A stretch of DNA of 64,000 nucleotides from Deltaproteobacteria bacterium CG11_big_fil_rev_8_21_14_0_20_47_16 (GTDB taxonomy: Bacteria > UBA10199 > GCA-002796325 > 1-14-0-20-47-16). Positions within the stretch are counted from its first letter, which is position 1; every line of letters begins with the position of its first letter. Positions 42,635 through 51,458 of this stretch are shown piece after piece. The DNA is taken from positions 12,181 to 76,180 of the forward strand of contig PCXA01000010.1 in NCBI GenBank assembly GCA_002796325.1. Reading direction: 5' to 3'. The notes beneath the pieces were generated by a model that did not search any database, had not been told where the DNA came from, and worked only from the letters and a program-made list of their open reading frames with translations. The translations under genes and the position numbers were made by a program.

Positions 42635-45025
42635 TTACGGCATATATCCGCCCGATGGTACACCGCTCGATGATTTCTTCTTGGGTGCTTGGTGTTTCAC
42701 ACTATCCGCTGATGGAATATCTGCGGCAGGTTTGGCTGGTTCCGTAGCGGGCGCTGCCTTGGCTTTTTCTGCTGCTGCCTTTTTAGCTGCCGCTTCAGCA
42801 CGGTTTAATTCTTCGCCTGCGGCCTTCTGCACATCAAGTGGTGCAGGCGCCTTGGGTGACGGCTTAACAATCGTCGCCTTCTTTGCAGGAGCAGGCGTTG
42901 TTGTGGGTGTCAGTGTTTTTTCAGTAATCGGCGACTTGGCTGCAGGTGCTGTCGGCGCAGGCGCCACAGAAGCAGGGGGCGTTGCTGCCGGAACAGGAAC
43001 AGGAACAACTGGCGCAGGCACCACCGGAGCGGGCATCGACGGCTGTCCATAGGCATCTGCTGGTTTCGCTGCATAGTTATCTACGGGCGGCGTCACAGGA
43101 ACTGGAATTGGTGGTGGTGTCACATCCTTAGGCGCCAAACTGGGCCCTGGAATGACTGTAAAACCGCTGCTGGGAGCTTTTACAGCGGGTTCTGGCGCTG
43201 CTGGCACCGTCGGTGATGGTGGTGTAGCAGGCACAGGTGCCACAGGGGTTTCCGGACTTGGCGCTGCTGGTGCCGTGGGCGCTGTTACTGGAATTGGGCT
43301 TGAAGGCACGGTTACAGGTCCTGTCGGCACTTGTTGTGGCGGTGCTGAGACAGGTGCACCTTCAGGTGATGGCACTGTTTCCGCTGCGGATGGTGGCATG
43401 GGTGCCACAGCAGACGGGGGCGCCTTCACTGTGAAACTTTGCGTATTTGTAATGCTGAACCGATTGGCCAACATATCGCGCAATGTAACTGTCACCACAT
43501 AAGTCCCTGGCGGCGCAGAAGGGGGCAATGCAATGTTGTTCGTCAGCTCAATCGGTTTTCCACCAGGCTGTACAATTTGATGATAGTCCACCACATTTTC
43601 CTGACGCAAGCCAATCGCACCATCTGGGTATTGCACCATCAAATCTTCCTGCACCCAAATCATGCGATCCACACGGGTGTAACCAGAAATCTCGAATCGC
43701 AAATAGACCTTTTCACCCGCTTCATAAACGGGTGGGGTACGATAGGTATTCACATCTTCAACGCCGAATCTAAAGTTGGTGGCAGTCAAAATCAAAGGCT
43801 GGTTGGCCATTGAGCTGTCCCATGGTGGTAACCCCTCAACGGTCGGCATAAAGCTCAATTGAAAATCTGCACCGGCTTTAAAGACATTATTATGAGGATT
43901 GATGAATAACCCCAGGGCAACAAGGCCTACACAAATTGCCACCACAACAAGACTGCCAACAATACCTTTCCAACGTCGGCGTTGCCGACTGACAACAGTT
44001 GCGGCAACCAAGTCGCCTACATTTTGTTTACGCAACGACAGTAGAATGACAAACAACCCAAATACTAGATCAATTGGAGCAAACAACGTCCTGAGAATTG
44101 CTGACGCAAAGGTTAATTGGCCACCATCTTCCTGCGTAATGGTGTAACCAAAGAGCCACATGCCAGGCGTTGTTTCGAGAATTAACTGAACAAAGGACCA
44201 GAAGAGCAGTGTCACCACTGGGAACAACAATACCAACCACTGGCTTATAATAGTGGATTGGTAATTGATCAGCATCACATAACCCACCACCCAAATTAAA
44301 AAGAGTGGAATATCCACCAACCAAGTCAACCAGCGACCAAATGCTGAAGCCAATTTATCTGCATCTAACGAGTAGTAACGGGCATCCGCAGAGTGTTTTT
44401 TAATAACAATTGTTCCTGCAGCCAAGTCACCCAAGCGCTGGTGACGGCGTGTCAACTCCATGGGAATCCAGGTCAATAACCATGCTGTCAGCATTTCAAT
44501 TAAGCGGAAAAAGTTACGGACCAAGACAGCAAGGGTGCCCGCATGTCGGCCATCCTTGCGGCGCACATACATCCAACAACTGAACTTACCAATGGTGGCA
44601 AAAAAAGCGGCTTCTAAAAGGAAGAAATATAAAAATGCCACGAGCAAAAAGATGCCGTGGAAAAGCATGGCACGGTACCCCATGGTGGGAACAGACCCCA
44701 ACCACGTATGGGACATTAGTTTATTAAAAACAAATAGGCAGCCCCAGTACACAAGCCATAGCACTCCAACATCCACGGCAAACGCCGCAAATCGTTCACG
44801 CAAACTGGCAATGGTGGTTTGGCCTGGCTTGGCGGTCTCCATTTGAATGGCGAAGGGCTCATCACCCGCAGCGGGCTCTTCTTCAGGATGTTCGGTGGGT
44901 TCGTCAGAAATATCGGTATCTTCACCTGATGATTCAGAACGTGTACGCGCCTCCGTAACATCGTCTTCGACGTCGATCGCGCCTACTTCTACTAAATCAG
45001 TTTCATCATTTTTATTGTCGGCCAT
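42635..45025 (-). CDS. double RDD-domain membrane protein with periplasmic beta-sandwich-like domain and ~260-aa Pro/Ala/Val-rich C-terminal tail
   Basis: 796 aa with an acidic N-terminus. RDD-type modules run from SLRERFAAFAVDVGVLWLVYW to RHQRLGDLAAGTIVIK and from FGRWLTWLVDIPLF to RKQNVGDLVAATVVSR, with several TM helices. The tail resembles PVSAPPQQVPTGPVTVPSSPIPVTAPTAPAAPSPETPVAPVPATPP. Confidence 0.82.
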   Translation of the reverse strand: MADNKNDETDLVEVGAIDVEDDVTEARTRSESSGEDTDISDEPTEHPEEEPAAGDEPFAIQMETAKPGQTTIASLRERFAAFAVDVGVLWLVYWGCLFVFNKLMSHTWLGSVPTMGYRAMLFHGIFLLVAFLYFFLLEAAFFATIGKFSCWMYVRRKDGRHAGTLAVLVRNFFRLIEMLTAWLLTWIPMELTRRHQRLGDLAAGTIVIKKHSADARYYSLDADKLASAFGRWLTWLVDIPLFLIWVVGYVMLINYQSTIISQWLVLLFPVVTLLFWSFVQLILETTPGMWLFGYTITQEDGGQLTFASAILRTLFAPIDLVFGLFVILLSLRKQNVGDLVAATVVSRQRRRWKGIVGSLVVVAICVGLVALGLFINPHNNVFKAGADFQLSFMPTVEGLPPWDSSMANQPLILTATNFRFGVEDVNTYRTPPVYEAGEKVYLRFEISGYTRVDRMIWVQEDLMVQYPDGAIGLRQENVVDYHQIVQPGGKPIELTNNIALPPSAPPGTYVVTVTLRDMLANRFSITNTQSFTVKAPPSAVAPMPPSAAETVPSPEGAPVSAPPQQVPTGPVTVPSSPIPVTAPTAPAAPSPETPVAPVPATPPSPTVPAAPEPAVKAPSSGFTVIPGPSLAPKDVTPPPIPVPVTPPVDNYAAKPADAYGQPSMPAPVVPAPVVPVPVPAATPPASVAPAPTAPAAKSPITEKTLTPTTTPAPAKKATIVKPSPKAPAPLDVQKAAGEELNRAEAAAKKAAAEKAKAAPATEPAKPAADIPSADSVKHQAPKKKSSSGVPSGGYMP

Positions 45026-45056
45026 CGGGTTTCCCCCCTCACCCTGACCCTCTCCA

Positions 45057-45812
45057 TTAGGGAGAGGGGAATTGATTGGTTCTTAACCAGTTTTGCAAGA
45101 GGGGAGGATCATCGGTAATAATCCCATCCACACCGAACGACGCTGCCTTCGCAAAAGCATCTGTGGTATTGAGTGTCCAGACCATAACAGACCACCCATT
45201 ATCACGTGCCAATTGCTCCAACTTCTGGTCAGCTGCCGAAAGTGATGGATTAACCCCCCAAACGTCCAAAACCTTAGCAAAAAAGCGCATATGAAGAAAG
45301 AAAAAAGCCCGCGGTTGCGTCAGTAACGCGCGACGTAGATGCGGCGCGCATTGTTTAATGCGCCAAAGAATCATTGGAGAAAAGGAAGAAATGATGACTT
45401 GGTCATCCATGCCAAATTCATGAATGGTATCTGCCACAATTTTTTCAACACCATTGGCAATTTGCGGTTGAACTTTGATTTCAATGTTCAGAAGCATGGA
45501 TGTTGGTCTGAACAAGGCCAGCATTTCAGATAATGTGGGGATACGAACACCTGCAAATTCAGATGAAAAATGACTCCCAACATCCACCGTCTTTAATGAT
45601 TTATAAGTCGTCTTATGAATGTGGCCATACGTCGTGGAGTGTTTGGATAACGAATCATCGTGAGTGATCACCGGCACTTTATCGGATGTCAACATGACAT
45701 CACACTCAATGCCATCTACGCCCATCTCCAAGGCGCGTTCAAACGCAGGCAACGTATTCTCAGGTGCCTCACGATTTGCACCACGATGGGCAATAACTAA
45801 AGGAATCTTCAT
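45057..45812 (-). CDS. ugpQ: glycerophosphodiester phosphodiesterase
   Basis: 251 aa with the GDPD signature PLVIAHRGANREAPENTLPAFERALEMGVDGIECDVMLTSDKVPVITHD. Confidence 0.9.
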   Translation of the reverse strand: MKIPLVIAHRGANREAPENTLPAFERALEMGVDGIECDVMLTSDKVPVITHDDSLSKHSTTYGHIHKTTYKSLKTVDVGSHFSSEFAGVRIPTLSEMLALFRPTSMLLNIEIKVQPQIANGVEKIVADTIHEFGMDDQVIISSFSPMILWRIKQCAPHLRRALLTQPRAFFFLHMRFFAKVLDVWGVNPSLSAADQKLEQLARDNGWSVMVWTLNTTDAFAKAASFGVDGIITDDPPLLQNWLRTNQFPSP

Positions 45813-46519
45813 ATCATTACCTTAACGAGTGCTGCCAGTGCGGCTGTTTCACTCCGTAGAATAAGCGACCCCAGCGACAAAAGCTGTGGGGACTGCGCTA
45901 AAATTGCCGCATGCTCGGATTGAGAGAACCCGCCTTCTGGCCCGATCAGAATTGTCAGATTATGGCTCATTTTTTTTTGTGGTGCGACATTCGCGGTGTC
46001 ATCCAATGCCAAACCTTCCCAACAATACACCAGATCACCGTCATGCGCCTTTAAAATGTGTGCTAATTCAACGGGTGGAATCACTTGCGGCAACCATGGC
46101 AGCCCCGATTGTTTCGCAGCGGACAATGCAATCTCTGACCACCGTGCCTGCTGCTTGGTGGTATCTTTTACATAATGATCCACAGTACGTTCTGTCAGGA
46201 GGGGGACCAAACGATGGCACCCCAATTCAAAGGCCTTCTCAACCAACCAATCAAAGCGTTGGGGACGAATGATTGCAGCCGCCAATGTCACTTGATGGGC
46301 AAGTTTCAATTCTGGAAGAGACTCCCCGCGTTGCAGGGTGACATGAAGTGGGCGACTATCTGTTATGTTTGCGCGATAACGCTGCCCCCGGCCATCACAA
46401 AGCACCACCCAGTCGCCAACATCAAGTCGCAAGACATCCCGCATATGGCGCGCTTCTTTGCCGCGTATATGAATGATTGGATCCGACAAACTATCAGGAG
46501 ATACAAAAAACTGGGGCAT
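45809..46519 (-). CDS. rsmE: 16S rRNA (uracil1498-N3)-methyltransferase
   Basis: 236 aa with MPQFFVSP...IHIRGKEARHMRDVLRL and a C-terminal ILIGPEGGFS motif. Confidence 0.9.
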   Translation of the reverse strand: MPQFFVSPDSLSDPIIHIRGKEARHMRDVLRLDVGDWVVLCDGRGQRYRANITDSRPLHVTLQRGESLPELKLAHQVTLAAAIIRPQRFDWLVEKAFELGCHRLVPLLTERTVDHYVKDTTKQQARWSEIALSAAKQSGLPWLPQVIPPVELAHILKAHDGDLVYCWEGLALDDTANVAPQKKMSHNLTILIGPEGGFSQSEHAAILAQSPQLLSLGSLILRSETAALAALVKVMI

Positions 46520-46520
46520 C

Positions 46521-47375
46521 TTAGTTTTTCCTCAAATGCAACATGGCCCATTCACCCTGGGTCTGTGTGGCGACCCAAGTGAGACCTTTTGATTCATAGG
46601 CCTGCCTTAAGGGAGCCACTTGATCCAAAACAATCCCCGACAGGTAAATGTCGCCATTTGAGGACAATAAGGTGACCAACACATCCACCATCTCTACAAG
46701 TGGATTAAGGAGAATATTTGCCACGATAACGGGATAGGGGCCTTGAATATCACTTAAGGTAGTCGTTAAGAAAAACCGATCTAACTTTCCATTTTTGAAT
46801 GCATTTTCCTTGGCAACTTCGAGAGCATCACCATCATTATCCACACCATCTACCTGTGCCACCCCCATCATCAAGCCAACCAAGCCCAGGATACCGGATC
46901 CCGTTCCCATATCCAGCATCCGGTGCCATTTGCGACTAGGGAAATCCGCTACAATAGCACGGGCAATCAACTGCGTTGTCGCATGCTGCCCTGTACCAAA
47001 GGCCATACCTGCAACAATCGTAATCACATTTTCACTGGATTTGGGATGGTAGGGAACCCCATCGGTTGTCACAACCAATTGCGGGGCAATTTCAACTGGT
47101 TTGAAGTATTGCATCCACCTTGTGCCCCAGTCTTCCAAAGGCAAGGTTGCTAGGGCCGCTCGCACATCCGTACCTACCAATTCGGAGGCTTCGACACAGT
47201 CCTGTAGCGCAGCGTCATTGATGTCTTCATTAAAAAAAACCTTCCAGACCTTTCGGTCACGGCTATCCTCTTCAATAAAACCCGTCGTCCCAGCATTGAC
47301 CCAAATCGGAATAAGGGCCTCTTCGCAAAAAGCGGGTGCAGAAACAAGTATGTAACGACAAGATGATGGCAACAT
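46521..47375 (-). CDS. prmA: ribosomal protein L11 methyltransferase
   Basis: 284 aa with EDWGTRWMQYFKPVEI, GMAFGTGQHATTQL and MLDMGTGSGILGL. Confidence 0.9.
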   Translation of the reverse strand: MLPSSCRYILVSAPAFCEEALIPIWVNAGTTGFIEEDSRDRKVWKVFFNEDINDAALQDCVEASELVGTDVRAALATLPLEDWGTRWMQYFKPVEIAPQLVVTTDGVPYHPKSSENVITIVAGMAFGTGQHATTQLIARAIVADFPSRKWHRMLDMGTGSGILGLVGLMMGVAQVDGVDNDGDALEVAKENAFKNGKLDRFFLTTTLSDIQGPYPVIVANILLNPLVEMVDVLVTLLSSNGDIYLSGIVLDQVAPLRQAYESKGLTWVATQTQGEWAMLHLRKN

Positions 47376-47437
47376 GAGATTTTTCTGGTGGAAGGTTTTT
47401 AATATGCTAACACGGCAAACGCCATAAAAAAAACACT

Positions 47438-48265
47438 ATGACAGAATCAAATCGTATCGGTATCGATATTGGCGGCACTCATATTCGCCTCGGCGTCGTG
47501 CGTAACGGGCAGGTCGTCCAGCGACACCAAGAGCCTGTGGGTCGTCATCGCCACCCCAGCGATATCGCCTCGCGCCTGCAGCACATTTCAGAAGAACTTC
47601 TTAATACAGATAAGCCCGACCATGTCGGAATTGGATTACCTGGAATCATTGATATTAATGCTCAAAGGGTCCTGCGCTCTCCGCATTTTCCTGAGTGGGT
47701 GGATGTGCCATTTGGCCAAATTCTCCAGGAAGCATTTACATGTCCAATGGTGATCGACAACGATGCCAATATGGCGTTACGTGGCGAGGCAACATTGGGG
47801 GCAGCAAAAGATCTGAATCATGCCATCATGATTACCCTAGGTACCGGCATTGGGGGCGCCATTATGCTCGACCGTAAAATTGTTCATGGGAATCACGGAT
47901 TCGCTGGAGAAATGGGACACATGGTCATTGATCGTAATGGCCCAAAGTGTGCCTGCGGTAGTCGCGGATGTTGGGAACTGTATGCATCTGCGCAAGCATT
48001 TCAACAGCCGCCCCATACTGTTACTGACTCAAAAGAATGGCATCAGTTTGGTTACCATTTAGGCTTAGGCATTGCCTCTCTCGCAAACGTTCTTGGCATC
48101 ACAGATGTTATTGTGGGTGGTGGCTTGTCCAATGCCTGGGAAAAGTTTGAACCTTCAATGAAAAATGCAATTCCACAATTTACGTATCCTGAAACAGCAG
48201 CACAGATACGCGTACAACGCGCATATCTAAAAGAAGATGCTGCACTGATAGGGGCCTCGTTATGA
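47438..48265 (+). CDS. ROK family sugar kinase (glucokinase / N-acetylhexosamine kinase-like)
   Basis: 275 aa with IGIDIGGTHIRLGVV, MITLGTGIGGAIM and the ROK zinc motif CACGSRGCWELYAS. ATGA overlap with the next gene. Confidence 0.85.
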   Translation: MTESNRIGIDIGGTHIRLGVVRNGQVVQRHQEPVGRHRHPSDIASRLQHISEELLNTDKPDHVGIGLPGIIDINAQRVLRSPHFPEWVDVPFGQILQEAFTCPMVIDNDANMALRGEATLGAAKDLNHAIMITLGTGIGGAIMLDRKIVHGNHGFAGEMGHMVIDRNGPKCACGSRGCWELYASAQAFQQPPHTVTDSKEWHQFGYHLGLGIASLANVLGITDVIVGGGLSNAWEKFEPSMKNAIPQFTYPETAAQIRVQRAYLKEDAALIGASL

Positions 48266-49881
48266 CAGATGTCTCACTCATTGTTCCCATATATTCAGCA
48301 GAGGCATTCCTTCAAGAGAGCCTCGATGAAATTGATGCCCATATTCAGCAAGCGCCGGGTACTTGGGAGTTATTATTGGTGGTTGATGCCAGTCGCGACG
48401 GTTCGACTGAGATATGCCAACAATTTGCAGCACAAAGCCACCCATACGAAGTGCGCGTTTTGGTCAACGACCAAAATCTAGGTAAGGGGGGTACTGTGAA
48501 GCGGGGCATGCTTGAAGCTAAGGGCAAATACCGCATATTCATTGATTGCGACATGGCCTATCCCATGACAGATGTTGATAAAATTCTCCACGCACTCCAA
48601 AACGGAAGTGACATGGCTGTCGCAAATCGTGCACACCCTGATTCCATTTATGCGATTCATCCCAAAGATTTCCATTACCTCTATACACGACATCTTTCGA
48701 GCCGAATCTATAACATGGTGATTAGCCGTACATTGTTGCGCGGCTGGAGCGACACACAGGCTGGGCTCAAAGGATTCTCTGCCCAGGCTGCTGAATTCAT
48801 CTTTTCACAAACACGTCTGACTGGCTTCAGTTTTGATATTGAAGTTCTGTATCTGGCTGACCGTTCACAACTAAAGGTCACTGAAATCCCTATTTACTTC
48901 CGATACGCACGGGAACCTTCCACAATGGATTTTATTCGCGATGCCATGCGTATGCTACGAGATATCTGGCGCGTTTATTCAAGTGGAACAAAAGGGGAAT
49001 ACAACTTTAATCCACCATTTCATCCTCCACGTCGTATTGTATTAAACGCAGACGATTTTGGATTAAGCCACGGCATCAACGAGGGTATTGCCACAGCAAT
49101 GGAACGTGGCATTGTGGGCTCAACCAGCCTCATGGTGAATTTTGCTGACAGCGCTGCCGCATTAGAGGTTGCAAAGAAGAATAACCTAAGCATCGGATGG
49201 CATTTTAATCTTACTTTAGGGAAGCCCGTTTCAGATCCTCACACCATCCCAAGCCTTGTCCGTTCAAACAGCACATTTTATCCGCGTAACCAACTTTTAC
49301 GACGATGTTTCTTAAGACAAGTACGGGCCGACGATGTCACCCGTGAACTGGAAGCCCAATGGAAAGTTTTTGAGAATGCAGGATTGCACCCAGAACACAT
49401 TGATGGTCACGAGCATTGCCACGTATTTCCCGTAATATGTACTGTGGTTCGCAATTTAGTTATCGAGCATCAAATTCCGTTGGTTCGGCTACCGGGTGAA
49501 AAGGGCGGACCTTTTGTACCGCGCTACCTTACACGTTTGATCTTAGGGCACTTGCAGGGAAGTCGGCCCAAGTTTTGGAAAGAGACCGGCTGCATGACAA
49601 TGCCGTTCTATGGCATTAGCCTTGTGGGGCGTGTCGATAATCATGACGAATGGCGACATCTGTTAGCACGCATTGCAGATCCCATTTCCATGGTTATGGT
49701 CCATCCGGGTATCGAACACCCAGGCGATGACATGTATGGTGATACATTCCCGGGAAGTCGCCAAGCTGAATTGGATATGATTCTTTCAAGTGAGTGGCGC
49801 CAAATGCTGGAAGAGATGCGCGTTGAGCCCATTTCTTTCAAGGAATGCCTTAAGGAATTGCAGGCAAATCCTTCCGTCTAA
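48262..49881 (+). CDS. fusion protein: family 2 glycosyltransferase (polyprenyl-phosphate sugar synthase-like) + YdjC-family carbohydrate deacetylase
   Basis: 539 aa. The N-terminal half is GT2/ArnC-like (SLIVPIYSAEAFL, LLVVDASRDGS, FIDCDMAY, AGLKGF). The C-terminal half is YdjC-like (IVLNADDFGLSHGINEGI...STSLMVN...HIDGHEHCHVFP...MVHPG). Confidence 0.82.
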   Translation: MTDVSLIVPIYSAEAFLQESLDEIDAHIQQAPGTWELLLVVDASRDGSTEICQQFAAQSHPYEVRVLVNDQNLGKGGTVKRGMLEAKGKYRIFIDCDMAYPMTDVDKILHALQNGSDMAVANRAHPDSIYAIHPKDFHYLYTRHLSSRIYNMVISRTLLRGWSDTQAGLKGFSAQAAEFIFSQTRLTGFSFDIEVLYLADRSQLKVTEIPIYFRYAREPSTMDFIRDAMRMLRDIWRVYSSGTKGEYNFNPPFHPPRRIVLNADDFGLSHGINEGIATAMERGIVGSTSLMVNFADSAAALEVAKKNNLSIGWHFNLTLGKPVSDPHTIPSLVRSNSTFYPRNQLLRRCFLRQVRADDVTRELEAQWKVFENAGLHPEHIDGHEHCHVFPVICTVVRNLVIEHQIPLVRLPGEKGGPFVPRYLTRLILGHLQGSRPKFWKETGCMTMPFYGISLVGRVDNHDEWRHLLARIADPISMVMVHPGIEHPGDDMYGDTFPGSRQAELDMILSSEWRQMLEEMRVEPISFKECLKELQANPSV

Positions 49882-51400
49882 ATAATTTTGCACCCATAAA
49901 ATCGGGTTCCTGCACATAATTCTGAAAAATATATGCCATTAAATCCGGATAATTCTGCATCGGAAAATGCTGATAGTTATGCATCCCTGTTGGCGCCATA
50001 TCTATGATATAGGCTGGACGATGCTCGTCCATATCTGAAAAAAACATCTTCCACATCTCTGGATGGATAAATTGGCTATAGTCAATTTTTTCTTCCAGGT
50101 CCCGCTGAATGCCGACCACACGACCTACCAAGACGTCGCTCCATAAATAGCGTGTGGCAGGAAGCCTTTCTGCAAACCAGTAAACCGCCGGCGAATAACC
50201 CCACACCAAAATGCGGTCGTTCGGCTGTGTACGCGACTTCAGCATTTCTCCGTAAGGTTTATAATCATCAATGTATTCTTCATGCAGTTGTGCGTAAAAA
50301 GGCCGAGGATACCAACGAAGCGTCATGGTCACAAGAAAGGGCGCTGCAATAGCCAGAAAGACCCACTTGCGATACCGGTTCCAGGACGTTTCATCCCATG
50401 ATACCAGTCTTAAAGCCGCTAAAATAGAAAGCTGCGGCATGAGGAGGAGAAAGTAGTGTGCGTAAAAGCGGCCACCAGCACACACTGCAATGATACTTAG
50501 AAAAAACCAAAGCCAGACACCAGACTCTGCAGGATTTTTCTGCCAACGCACGCGTCCTAATTGCCACCATTCTTTAAATCGCTTTGTAGCCAAAGCCCAA
50601 ATCAGGAATGTGCTCACAATAAATGGCAACACATGCGATAGCAATTTGCGCCAAATGCTAATTGTTCCCTTGCCACTTGCCAGGTACCGGAAGGAACCTC
50701 CAAAGCTCCAATAGATGAAGTCTTGAAGCGCACCAAGCGTATACAATTGCCAAAACATGAGCGCCGTTAGTGGAATACAACCCAGAGCAAAAATGAAACT
50801 ATGCGTGAATGCCTTACGCGGTGGAAATCGGAGTAACCAAAAATAGGTTAACACCACCGGCAACATGATGCCGGCTTGATATTTGATAATGATACCAGCC
50901 GAAACCAAAATACCTGCTAAAAAGCTACGCCACAATGTACCATCATCCCGATCATGTAATAGAAAATCCATGGCCAATGCACATGGCAGCAGCAACGTTA
51001 AATCCATACTGGCGCCAATAATTTTGGGGATAAAAAATGACGAAAATAATACAAAAAGGAGCGCTGCCCAGAGACCAGCGCGTTCGTTGGCAATGCGCGT
51101 CGCAATGCGACCGACCACCCAGGCTGTCAGGCCCGTCCAAACGATTGATAACAGGTGAACTGCGGTCATGTTGATGTTAGGAAGACTGCCAGAAAGCCAT
51201 GAGGCCAAAACATAGAAATAATAGATCCCCATCGCTTTCGTTTCAACCGCGTCTGCGTAGGGGATACCCCCATGCTGCCAAACACGTGCGAATATCGCAA
51301 ACAGAGTCTCATCAACGTCAATAAATGGCGAGAAAAGTAGAGAAATACGGGTAATAATAAGGGCTAAAACAATAATTACGATGAATTTTCCTTTTTTCAT
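49850..51400 (-). CDS. GT-C fold membrane glycosyltransferase (ArnT / PMT_2-like)
   Basis: The ATG at 51400 gives MKKGKFIVIIVLALIITRISLLFSPFIDVDETLFA, with an acidic first-loop motif. It has about 11-13 hydrophobic helices and a soluble C-terminal domain. The 3' end overlaps the GT2-YdjC gene by 32 nt. Confidence 0.8.
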   Translation of the reverse strand: MKKGKFIVIIVLALIITRISLLFSPFIDVDETLFAIFARVWQHGGIPYADAVETKAMGIYYFYVLASWLSGSLPNINMTAVHLLSIVWTGLTAWVVGRIATRIANERAGLWAALLFVLFSSFFIPKIIGASMDLTLLLPCALAMDFLLHDRDDGTLWRSFLAGILVSAGIIIKYQAGIMLPVVLTYFWLLRFPPRKAFTHSFIFALGCIPLTALMFWQLYTLGALQDFIYWSFGGSFRYLASGKGTISIWRKLLSHVLPFIVSTFLIWALATKRFKEWWQLGRVRWQKNPAESGVWLWFFLSIIAVCAGGRFYAHYFLLLMPQLSILAALRLVSWDETSWNRYRKWVFLAIAAPFLVTMTLRWYPRPFYAQLHEEYIDDYKPYGEMLKSRTQPNDRILVWGYSPAVYWFAERLPATRYLWSDVLVGRVVGIQRDLEEKIDYSQFIHPEMWKMFFSDMDEHRPAYIIDMAPTGMHNYQHFPMQNYPDLMAYIFQNYVQEPDFMGAKLFRRKDLPAIP

Positions 51401-51458
51401 GGTCGATGTCCATATACAATTGTAAGAAGTAAATAAAGTACAAATGAAGGGAACCCTC

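Noticed and set aside
42681-43502. Gly/Ala-rich forward ORFs (123 aa, 116 aa) opposite the RDD gene tail
   Set aside because: They are the antisense of Pro/Ala/Val-rich coding sequence. The reverse-strand ORF is continuous with the RDD domains and is the plausible gene.
45048-45068. 8-bp hairpin CCCTCTCC-ATTAG-GGAGAGGG between gdpD and the RDD gene, considered as a terminator
   Set aside because: No U-tract follows it on the transcribed (reverse) strand. The gdpD stop codon sits in the loop, and the RDD start follows 31 nt later. It is more likely incidental or a translational-coupling structure than a terminator.
45962-45978. Run of nine T (A9 on the coding strand) inside rsmE, and A8/T8 runs near 47231 and 47421, considered as phase-variation tracts
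   Set aside because: They sit in housekeeping genes or intergenic DNA, the frames are intact, and tracts this short are common by chance in a roughly 45-50% GC genome.
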